Of a DNA stretch of 64,000 nucleotides, positions 39,841 through 47,857 are shown one piece after another (position 1 is the first letter of the stretch; each line of letters starts with the position of its first letter). The position numbers and the translations under genes were made by a program. The DNA is from Candidatus Poribacteria bacterium. Its GTDB lineage: Bacteria; Poribacteria; WGA-4E; WGA-3G. The notes below the pieces were generated by a model. That model saw only the letters and a list, made by a program, of their open reading frames with translations, had not been told where the DNA came from and did no database searches. Location: assembly GCA_965197475.1 (NCBI GenBank), contig CBDANF010000002.1:1216001-1280000 (forward strand), in the 5' to 3' direction.

Positions 39841-40788
39841 ATGTTAAAAAACTTTCAAATCGGTGCGATAATATCTACAAACTCAACAGGCGGCAGAGGT
39901 ATAATTGTATTAGACCTGGGTGAAGAATTTTGTAAAAATATATCAAATGATTGGAGTAACCAATATCGTAAATTTACTGAAGGCAAGAGTGAAAAAATTT
40001 ACAACCGAGATTCACAAGGTGAAAAGTTTACTTACCAATACTTTGCAATTAAACCGTATGAACTTCCAGAATTTATGTCTGTAATAAACAGCGGTATTGT
40101 TAATACAAAAAATATAAGTAATATTCCAAGAAATCATAGAGTTGATCGTAAAAAAGTTGTATGTTTTTTTGGCGTTGCTATAGATGATAAAACCGGTTAT
40201 GAAATTATATTATTTCAAAATATGTCTGCAAAGAAATTTATTGCGCCTTGGCGATGTTTAAGTGAAGTTGTTTTACATCCAATTCAAGAAATGTCGCGAA
40301 GGGAATTATATACTGAAGCCACCAAAAATAAAGGGTATCTTGCACTTGATGATAAATTAACTACTATATACAATTCAAATACGCAAGAATTACGTTTCAA
40401 CAATTATTTTTATACCAATAAAACACTACCAATACCTGATTATCGTATTAAAGAAATTTTAAACAAAGAAATTAAAAAGTTATTAAAACACCGTATTTTT
40501 AAATGTGAAAACATAAATTTAATTGCAACAAACCCAAACATAGAAGTGAGAATGTGTTTTGCGAAGCTAAGAGATGATAACATATTAGATGAAATTATAT
40601 TGAAATTGTTGGTAGAAGATGCAAAAGATAATAATGTTGATATAGTTATTGAAGGCAATCAAATAGTTGTTCCAACAAATGATGAAGAACTAATAGATTT
40701 AATAATGTTAATAAATGGGGATTTAACTGAACGGAAATTTACCAGACAAACCCAACGCTTTAGAATTACTTCAAAAGAACAAAGATAA
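39841..40788 (+). CDS. Kiwa KwaB-like (DUF4868-like) protein
   Basis: 315 aa with ILFQN and LALDDKLTTIY...LRF. Starts 1 nt after the kwaA-like stop. Confidence 0.6.
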   Translation: MLKNFQIGAIISTNSTGGRGIIVLDLGEEFCKNISNDWSNQYRKFTEGKSEKIYNRDSQGEKFTYQYFAIKPYELPEFMSVINSGIVNTKNISNIPRNHRVDRKKVVCFFGVAIDDKTGYEIILFQNMSAKKFIAPWRCLSEVVLHPIQEMSRRELYTEATKNKGYLALDDKLTTIYNSNTQELRFNNYFYTNKTLPIPDYRIKEILNKEIKKLLKHRIFKCENINLIATNPNIEVRMCFAKLRDDNILDEIILKLLVEDAKDNNVDIVIEGNQIVVPTNDEELIDLIMLINGDLTERKFTRQTQRFRITSKEQR

Positions 40789-40878
40789 CAATGTTGCCAG
40801 TTGCGGACTAAGTACTTATTCCGAACACCGAAGGCAAAGTATCAAACTACTTATTCCGAAAGGGAATGCTTGAGCAAA

Positions 40879-42210
40879 ATGAACACGGGTTTATCTGATT
40901 TGCCAAAAGGTTGGGTGTGGACAACATTAGAAGAAATTGGTGAAATCATATTAGGGCAATCTCCTCCGTCCTCTACCTACAATACAGATGGAGACGGACT
41001 CCCTTTTTATCAAGGCAAACTTGAATTCGGGAAACTCTATCCTACCCCCCGAAAATGGTGTACTGCACCAAAGAAAATTGCTGAAAAGGGGGACGTTTTC
41101 ATTTCTATTCGCGCGCCTGTAGGACCTACAAATATTTGCCTCGAAAAATCTGCCGTGGGAAGAGGACTCGCAGCAATTCGCGGATTAGGCGGAATTGAGT
41201 CGTTTTTCATTCTTTATTTAATGCGTGCCTATGCAAATAAGATTGCGAGCAGAGGAACAGGTACTACTTTTGACGCAATTACGGGAAATCAACTTAAGAC
41301 ATTTGAAATTCCACTTCCGCCGCTTGCAGAACAACACCGTATCGTAGTCAAGTTGGAGACGTTGTTTACACATTTAGACGCAGCAGTTGATAATCTAAAG
41401 AAAGCACAAACGCAGTTGCAACGGTACCGTCAATCGCTTCTCAAAGCTGCTTTTGAAGGGGAGTTGACAAGGGAATGGCGTGAAGGTTATTCGGGTAAGT
41501 CTCAATCAACAGAGGACTCAACTGGGTTACCCAAAGATTGGGAAAGGACAACAGTTGGATGTGCCATAGAAAAAGTATCCCTAACTGGAAAGAAACTGAA
41601 AAAAAAGAACTATGAAATTGAAGGAAAACTGCCAGCAATAGATCAGGGAGCATCCTTTATTGGAGGATACACAAACAACGAAGAACTTAAGGTTGAATGT
41701 GAACTACCTGTTATTGTTTTTGGAGATCATACCAAAGCAATTAAATATGTAGATTTTGACTTCGTATGTGGAGCTGATGGGATAAAGGTAATAAAATCTT
41801 TAGAAATGTACCATCCGAAACTGTTTTATTACTTTATCCGAGCAATCTCAATTCCGGACAGAGGATATTCCCGACACTTTCAATTTTTGGAAAAGGCACA
41901 GATACCTGTCCCACCACTGCCTGAACAAGAACAAATCGTCTCTGAACTTGAGCGGCACCTTTCAGTCGCTGCTGCAATAGAAGCAACTATTGCAGCAGAA
42001 CTCACACGCGCCGGACGTTTGCGGCAGTCTATCCTCAAGCATGCGTTTTCTGGTAAACTTGTGCTGCAAGACCCGAACGATGAACCGGCAAGTGTGTTGC
42101 TTGAGAAAATTCGAGATGCGAAAGAAGAGCAGCAACCGAAGCAAAAAAGGCATCCGACAAAATCGAAAATAACAACTTCGGCACAGCAATTGCCCCTTCC
42201 GCTTGACTAA
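40879..42210 (+). CDS. hsdS: Type I R-M specificity subunit
   Basis: LPKGWVW, two TRDs, PLPPLAEQHRIV and PVPPLPEQEQIV, LRQSILKHAFSGKLV.QDPNDEPASVLLE. Confidence 0.93.
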   Translation: MNTGLSDLPKGWVWTTLEEIGEIILGQSPPSSTYNTDGDGLPFYQGKLEFGKLYPTPRKWCTAPKKIAEKGDVFISIRAPVGPTNICLEKSAVGRGLAAIRGLGGIESFFILYLMRAYANKIASRGTGTTFDAITGNQLKTFEIPLPPLAEQHRIVVKLETLFTHLDAAVDNLKKAQTQLQRYRQSLLKAAFEGELTREWREGYSGKSQSTEDSTGLPKDWERTTVGCAIEKVSLTGKKLKKKNYEIEGKLPAIDQGASFIGGYTNNEELKVECELPVIVFGDHTKAIKYVDFDFVCGADGIKVIKSLEMYHPKLFYYFIRAISIPDRGYSRHFQFLEKAQIPVPPLPEQEQIVSELERHLSVAAAIEATIAAELTRAGRLRQSILKHAFSGKLVLQDPNDEPASVLLEKIRDAKEEQQPKQKRHPTKSKITTSAQQLPLPLD

Positions 42211-42243
42211 AAGGTATCTTTCGTCAAGATCGGAGAATTAGCA

Positions 42244-42272
42244 TTGCATTTGAGGTGGACTTATGTTAAAAT
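42244..42272 (+). promoter_or_regulatory. Sigma70-type promoter for the cargo block after hsdS
   Basis: TTGCAT-17 bp-TAAAAT with extended TG. Confidence 0.55.
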
Positions 42273-42357
42273 AGCGGCAAGAAAAATAGTAGACTGCTTA
42301 GTTACAACCTGTGTGTAAGGAGTTACCCCATTTGTCCGAACTTAAAAGGAGAATCTA

Positions 42358-42612
42358 ATGAACGATCAGGAATTCCGCGAACATATCTTAACATTCATTG
42401 CTAAGTCAGATCAATGGATGCAGGATGCAAGTAAAAAACTTGATGTCATTGACGATTTACAGCAACAGGTGTCATGGATGCGAGGCAAATTAGAGGGCAA
42501 ACAAGAATCCGAAACTTCGCTGTGGATTAAAATTGGTGCTGTCGCTGGGTTTGGTTCAGCTATTATCGCGCTTATCGCAATCTTCCTTTCTTTAAAAGGT
42601 TGTGGTGTATAA
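42358..42612 (+). CDS. Small coiled-coil protein with C-terminal TM helix
   Basis: AGGAG RBS, heptad region, then WIKIGAVAGFGSAIIALIAIFL. Confidence 0.7.
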   Translation: MNDQEFREHILTFIAKSDQWMQDASKKLDVIDDLQQQVSWMRGKLEGKQESETSLWIKIGAVAGFGSAIIALIAIFLSLKGCGV

Positions 42613-42628
42613 AACAACGGAAAAGTCT

Positions 42629-42895
42629 ATGAAAAAATCAAAAACACAGGAAACCGATCCGCTTCTTGCATTAGCAGGCACGTTGAATTGTGATGTCACA
42701 GACATAAAGAAACGTCTCAAGAATGCCGTCCGTCCAAAGACACGCGTGGTTAAAGGACCTTATGAAGACCACCCTGATCCGCTTATCGCGTTGCTGGGAA
42801 CGTTGGAATGTGATGTCACAGACATCAGTGAACGCCATGATGATTATATTGGGGACGCGTTATTAGCAGAATTATGGGGAGATGAGGATGAATGA
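42629..42895 (+). CDS. Small antitoxin-like protein with internal repeat
   Basis: DPLLALAGTLNCDVTDI / DPLIALLGTLECDVTDISERHDDYI. Confidence 0.55.
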   Translation: MKKSKTQETDPLLALAGTLNCDVTDIKKRLKNAVRPKTRVVKGPYEDHPDPLIALLGTLECDVTDISERHDDYIGDALLAELWGDEDE

Positions 42896-42928
42896 GGAAC
42901 TTATCTCACATTTGTATAGGTGAATAAT

Positions 42929-43354
42929 ATGGAAACTGGACAAAAGGAACATGATCTCCCTTTACCGCCAGCAGATAAAGTACTGTTTCGGAAACAGGGG
43001 CAACGCGAATTAGACGAAATCCGACAAGAAGCTAAAGAAGCTTATGCTTTGGATAACGAGATTGATCATGTTCCAGAATCTGCTTATCATGATGCGTATT
43101 CTTTACTTGAGATCCTTTTTCATAATAATGTCCCCATGCCCGATATTGGCTGGTTAATAGATGGCGGTATTGGGTTTGAATGGCGTTCAACAAATGGTAA
43201 AGGGATAGCAACAATGAGCATATATGGCGACAATCTGGTCGTTTATGGGGCATCATTAGAAAGTGGACATAAAGACAAAGGAACATGTAAATTAACTGAT
43301 TATGTCAAACTTGTCCGCTTTCTTCCAATGTTAAAAACTTTATGCTCTCAATAA
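42929..43354 (+). CDS. Cassette protein A, copy 1 (uncharacterised; putative antitoxin/immunity)
   Basis: METGQKEH...QRELDEIRQEA leader, PMPDIGWLIDGGIGFEW. Paralogous to 43791, 45409 and 50811. Confidence 0.8.
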   Translation: METGQKEHDLPLPPADKVLFRKQGQRELDEIRQEAKEAYALDNEIDHVPESAYHDAYSLLEILFHNNVPMPDIGWLIDGGIGFEWRSTNGKGIATMSIYGDNLVVYGASLESGHKDKGTCKLTDYVKLVRFLPMLKTLCSQ

Positions 43355-43364
43355 AGGACTTGGT

Positions 43365-43757
43365 ATGAACGTTCCGCCAGATGAAAAGTTAACCCGTTTC
43401 ATTTCTTCTAAGAAAAATTTTTCTATTGAAAAGAAGACAGTCAGTTATAGAGCATTTATCCCGCAAAAAAAGAGTCCACAAGATATTTCTGTGTATCGCA
43501 TCTCTACCCTCATAGAAGACGAAAACAAAGTGTGGGAGATTGGAAGAGAATATGTACAAGGGGAAAATGAAATAAAAGCAAGGGCAGACTTTTTGGCAGA
43601 GATTGTTTATGAGAATGGTCTTATAGTAAGTGCAGACATGCAAGTCCACGAACTGCATGTGAATATCATGCCTCTCCCAATAGATAAGGAAGATCGGGAT
43701 GAGATTTTAAGAGAACTTGCCCTTGCCAGTGAATTAGTCCCGATACCGATAGAATAG
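43365..43757 (+). CDS. Cassette protein B, copy 1 (uncharacterised; putative ART/RES-like toxin)
   Basis: EKLTRF, RAFIP, SVYRIS, WEIG, KARAD, HVNI. AAGGA RBS. Confidence 0.8.
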   Translation: MNVPPDEKLTRFISSKKNFSIEKKTVSYRAFIPQKKSPQDISVYRISTLIEDENKVWEIGREYVQGENEIKARADFLAEIVYENGLIVSADMQVHELHVNIMPLPIDKEDRDEILRELALASELVPIPIE

Positions 43758-43790
43758 ATTTCTTTCTAACATGTATAAAGGTAATATAAT

Positions 43791-44204
43791 ATGGAAACCG
43801 GACAAAAGGAACATGATCTCCTACTACCGCCAGCAGATAAAGTGCTGTTTCGGAAACAGGTGCAACGCGAATTAGACGAAATCCGACAAGAAGCTGAGGA
43901 AGCCTATGCCTTGGATAACGAAATTGACCCAATCCCTGATTCTGCTTACGATGACGCGCTCGTTTTGTTAGAGATGCTTTGTAATTACAAGCTGCCCATG
44001 CCAGATTTTAGTTGGGCAGAAGATGGTAGTCTTAGCATCGGATGGTACCCGGATGAAGGCATGGTAACAATGGGGATATATGGGGACAATCTTGTCATCT
44101 ATAATGCTTTTTTTGAAGAAGAACGTCAATTTGAAGGAATCTGTGAATTGTCAGATACGCCAGTGTTGTCCGGTTTTCTAACAACATTGACAAATATCCT
44201 CTAA
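43791..44204 (+). CDS. Cassette protein A, copy 2
   Basis: Near-identical N-terminal leader to copies 1 and 3, PMPDFSWAEDGSL. Confidence 0.8.
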   Translation: METGQKEHDLLLPPADKVLFRKQVQRELDEIRQEAEEAYALDNEIDPIPDSAYDDALVLLEMLCNYKLPMPDFSWAEDGSLSIGWYPDEGMVTMGIYGDNLVIYNAFFEEERQFEGICELSDTPVLSGFLTTLTNIL

Positions 44205-44218
44205 TAAGGATGTGTGTT

Positions 44219-44638
44219 ATGAATGTTTCACCGGGTGAGAAACTCACCCGTTTTATCCGTTATAGCAGTTATTTTTCCGTTGTAACTAACAGAGTTAAAC
44301 CTGATGCTTTTCTTCCACATAAAAAGAGTATTGATGTATCCGTGTTTCGCATTTCCGAACTCAATGACAGTGAAAAACTCTCAAAAAACGAAATCTGGGA
44401 AATTGGGCGAAAATATGTTCAAACAGAAGAAAGACCAATAAAAGCAAGAGCCGACCTTTCCACAACTGTTGTTTATGAGAATAATCTTGAAGTTGTTCCA
44501 GATGAGCCTCCTCAAAGGCACGCGAACATAACGCCTTTTCCGGTAGAGAAAAGTCCTACAGATAGGAAAGCGCGTAGATCCATCGCAACTAAGCTTGCTA
44601 ATGCAAGTAAATTAGTCGTTCTACCAGAAAAGATATGA
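44219..44638 (+). CDS. Cassette protein B, copy 2
   Basis: MNVSPGEKLTRFI, AFLP, SVFRIS, WEIG, KARAD, HANITPFP. Confidence 0.8.
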   Translation: MNVSPGEKLTRFIRYSSYFSVVTNRVKPDAFLPHKKSIDVSVFRISELNDSEKLSKNEIWEIGRKYVQTEERPIKARADLSTTVVYENNLEVVPDEPPQRHANITPFPVEKSPTDRKARRSIATKLANASKLVVLPEKI

Positions 44639-44667
44639 TTTCAGTACGATCAAATTGAGAAACACAC

Positions 44668-44727
44668 ATGTCCAACGAATCATCAACAATCGTTCAAAAA
44701 CTATGGAATTTCTGCGATGTTCTCCGC
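44668..44727 (+). pseudogene. Duplicated hsdM 5' stub
   Basis: MSNESSTIVQKLWNFCDVLR. 56/60 nt match to 46261-46320, then unrelated sequence. Confidence 0.85.
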
Positions 44728-44736
44728 TATAAAGTA

Positions 44737-44765
44737 TTGCGTTTCATGAAAATCTGTGCTAAAAT
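44737..44765 (+). promoter_or_regulatory. Sigma70-type promoter of cassette 3, separated from it by a MITE
   Basis: TTGCGT-17 bp-TAAAAT. The -10 lies within the MITE target duplication. Confidence 0.55.
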
Positions 44766-44767
44766 AA

Positions 44768-45355
44768 CTATAGTTTGGACAATTTTATCCTGTCAGGACT
44801 TCCGATCAGGAGTTAAATATGGTTTGTCCGCACTCTTGTCAATTATTTAAATCTTGATTAAAATATGATATTGTGTTAATATATTAAATGTATAAGACAT
44901 TGGTAGGTATGTTTCCTAAATGTACCGATCAACAGTCTATAGGTTAGTTGGAACAACCGGAAACCCAACATTTTATTACATTTTAAGGGGATCGGTGTTA
45001 ATTTGGCATATTGCCATATTTAACATTATAGGGAAGTCACTGGGTTTCCCTGCCGATAGCCATTTGTGCCACTTTGCGTTGATTCACCGCTTGTGCACAT
45101 GTGAGAATCGGTTAAATATCCTCAGTATAAATTACTATACTTTGGACAATTTCTATCTGTTTTATGTTGTGTTTTCAAGTCCTTGCTGATTTTTCATTGA
45201 GTTTCGGATGGGAACGTAACTCACAGAAAAAGAATTTCAGGTGCAAACAAGAGCAGCCCCAGCGGGGCGACAGGTGTCCAGAATGTAGATGCAACCAAAG
45301 TATTTCTATAAAACCTAATGGACACTACAGTTTGAAAAAATTGTCCAAACTATAG
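44768..45355. mobile_element. 588-bp non-autonomous (composite) MITE
   Basis: Perfect TIR CTATAGTTTGGACAATTTT / AAAATTGTCCAAACTATAG, 8-bp TSD TAAAATAA (44760-44767 and 45356-45363), and a second internal left TIR at 45135. Confidence 0.85.
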
Positions 45356-45408
45356 TAAAATAAGGACATATTAGGAAACTCATTTCACACTCGTATAGGT
45401 GACACATT

Positions 45409-45822
45409 ATGGAAACCGGACAAAAAGAGCATAATCTCCCTTTACCGCCAGCAGATAAAGTGCTGTTTCGGAAACAGGTGCAACGCGAATTAGACGAAAT
45501 TCGCCAAGAAGCTGAGGAAGTCTATGCATCGGACAGTGATATTGACCCTGTTCCAGATTCGGCGTATGATGAAGCCTATTCCTTATTAGAGATACTTTTT
45601 GATAACAATATACCTATGCCAGATTTCGGTTGGGCAGAGGATGGGAGTCTTGGGTTAGAATGGCGACCAGAGAAAGGAATCGCTACCATAGGGATATATG
45701 GAGACAATCTCGTTATATACGGTGCATTCTTTGAAGAGAACCGTCAAGTTGAGGGAATTTGCACACTATCTGATACCGCAATGTTGTCGGGTTTTCTTGC
45801 AACGTTATTAAACCTCCTTTAA
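45409..45822 (+). CDS. Cassette protein A, copy 3
   Basis: Same leader, PMPDFGWAEDGSLGLEW. Confidence 0.8.
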   Translation: METGQKEHNLPLPPADKVLFRKQVQRELDEIRQEAEEVYASDSDIDPVPDSAYDEAYSLLEILFDNNIPMPDFGWAEDGSLGLEWRPEKGIATIGIYGDNLVIYGAFFEENRQVEGICTLSDTAMLSGFLATLLNLL

Positions 45823-45835
45823 ATAAGGGTATGAT

Positions 45836-46232
45836 ATGAATGTCTCACCGGGTGAGAAACTCACCCGTTTTATTCGTTATAGCAATCAGTTTTCCCATGT
45901 TAAGGGGGGAGGTAAGATACAGAGCGTTTATTCCACCTAAAAATAGTATAAATCTGTCTGTGTTCCGTATATCATTACCTCCAGAACTCTCAAACAACGC
46001 AGTATGGAAGATTGGACTTGACTATGTCGAACGAGAAGGAATACCAATAAAGGCACGCGCCGATCTATTTGTGAGTGATGTTGCTGCTAATAACCTTGAA
46101 GTCATTTCTGACGAGCCACCTCCGAGGCATGCGAATATCACACCGTTTCCTGCAGACAACAAAGCGCGGCAAAGTATAGCCAGAAAACTTGCTCATGCCA
46201 GTAAATTAGTTGTTATACCAGAAAAAACCTGA
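45836..46232 (+). pseudogene. Cassette protein B, copy 3, frameshifted at a G6 run
   Basis: ATG 45836 gives MNVSPGEKLTRFIRYS like copy 2. The rest (EVRYRAFIP...KARAD...HANITPFP) is in another frame. G5 instead of G6 at 45904-45909 restores it. Confidence 0.8.
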
Positions 46233-46260
46233 TTCCAGTCGAAACAAATTAAGGGTATAC

Positions 46261-47727
46261 ATGTCCAACGAATCATCAACAATCGTTCAGAAACTATGGA
46301 ATTTCTGCAATGTGCTCCGAGATGACGGTGTGAGTTACGGAGATTACGTCGAACAACTCACATATCTACTTTTTCTCAAACTCGCTGACGAACAGAGCAA
46401 ACTACCCTCCAACAGATCATCTAAAATACCTTCCGGTTTGGATTGGGAAAGTCTGCTCAAAGAGAGTGGTGCTGCGTTAGAGGATCAGTATGTCAAAATT
46501 CTTCGAGAATTGAGTAATGAGAAAGGTTTACTCGGCGTTATCTTCAGAAAATCGCAAAATCGCATTCAGACACCTGCACACCTTCAACGCCTCATCAAGC
46601 TGATTGATGCGGAAAACTGGAGCGAGATGGCAGCTGATGTCAAAGGCACAATTTACGAAGGACTTTTGCAGAAAAATGCTGAAGACACCAAAAGCGGCGC
46701 GGGGCAGTACTTCACACCCCGACCGCTTATCAAAGCCATAGTTGCTGTGATGCAACCTGGCCCGATGAAAACGATCTGTGATCCAGCATGCGGAACAGGT
46801 GGTTTTTTCCTCGCTGCTTACGAGTACATATCGGAACAATACCGTGTTACATTAACTCGCGAACAGAAGGAGTTCCTCAAATTTGAGACTTTCGTTGGCA
46901 CAGACATTGTTGATAACGTTGTCCGTCTCTGTGTCATGAATCTATACCTGCACGGTATTGATGGGGCGGAGAGTCCAATTACAACCCATGATAGTCTTAG
47001 CAAGGCTCCAAGTGATCGTTATGATATGGTCCTCACCAATCCACCGTTCGGTAACAAGAGTAGTGTTACAATCACTACCGATGGAGAAAAACGGAGCAAC
47101 ACATCACTCACGTATGAACGCGATGATTTTTGGGCGACAACATCAAATAAACAGTTTAACTTCCTCCAACACATCAAGACGATTTTGAAGGAAGATGGCC
47201 GCGCCGCCGTGGTACTCCCGGACAATGTGCTTTTTGAACGGGGCGCGGGTGAAATGATTCGGAGGCAACTGCTAAAACTGTTTGATGTGCATACACTGTT
47301 ACGATTACCTACCGGTATCTTCTACGCGCAAGGTGTGAAGGCAAACGTACTCTTTTTCGACAAACGTCCTGCACGTGAAGAACCGTGGACACAAAAACTT
47401 TGGATATATGACCTACGGACGAACAAACGTTTTACCCTAAAGACAAATCCTTTACGCGATGCTGACCTACAAGATTTTATTACCGTGTATAATCCAAGGA
47501 ACCGCCACGAACGTGAAGAAACCGAACGTTTCCGTGCCTTCAGTTACGAAGAACTTACCCAACGTGAGCCTGCTAACCTTGACATCTTTTGGTTAAAAGA
47601 GGATTCACTTGAGGATGCAGCAGATCTTCCAACACCTGATATATTGGCAGGGGAAATCACACAGAATTTACAGACTGCATTGGCATTGTTTCAAAATATT
47701 CATGCAGAATTAGGCGACAGTGACTAA
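46261..47727 (+). CDS. hsdM: Type I R-M methyltransferase subunit
   Basis: VQKLWNFC.VLRDDG, GAGQYFTPR, DPACGTGG, TNPPFG, LRLPTGIFY. Confidence 0.95.
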   Translation: MSNESSTIVQKLWNFCNVLRDDGVSYGDYVEQLTYLLFLKLADEQSKLPSNRSSKIPSGLDWESLLKESGAALEDQYVKILRELSNEKGLLGVIFRKSQNRIQTPAHLQRLIKLIDAENWSEMAADVKGTIYEGLLQKNAEDTKSGAGQYFTPRPLIKAIVAVMQPGPMKTICDPACGTGGFFLAAYEYISEQYRVTLTREQKEFLKFETFVGTDIVDNVVRLCVMNLYLHGIDGAESPITTHDSLSKAPSDRYDMVLTNPPFGNKSSVTITTDGEKRSNTSLTYERDDFWATTSNKQFNFLQHIKTILKEDGRAAVVLPDNVLFERGAGEMIRRQLLKLFDVHTLLRLPTGIFYAQGVKANVLFFDKRPAREEPWTQKLWIYDLRTNKRFTLKTNPLRDADLQDFITVYNPRNRHEREETERFRAFSYEELTQREPANLDIFWLKEDSLEDAADLPTPDILAGEITQNLQTALALFQNIHAELGDSD

Positions 47728-47857
47728 TTACGCTGCCGTTTGTTTAAATCTAAACATAGGGTAGATAATTTCGAAACCATGGCTAAAAGATCGGAGACGC
47801 TTTAGCCAGAATTATATTCTTACATGCAAAATTAACGTCTCTACTTACCTCTACTGA

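Noticed and set aside
40813-40860. 13-bp direct repeat TACTTATTCCGAA before hsdS
   Set aside because: Could be an insertion scar, but no matching copy was found at other cargo boundaries.
44668-45355. Short ORFs 44668-44850, 44920-45189 and 45164-45355 as genes
   Set aside because: They are explained by the hsdM stub reading into the MITE. No RBS or protein-like features.
42929-46232. Integron cassette array, DGR or hsdS shufflon
   Set aside because: No integrase, attC-like sites, reverse transcriptase, second hsdS or invertase is visible in the window.
45840-46232. Track ORF starting MSHRVRNS as an intact gene
   Set aside because: The homologous N-terminus is in another frame from ATG 45836, so this is a frameshifted copy.
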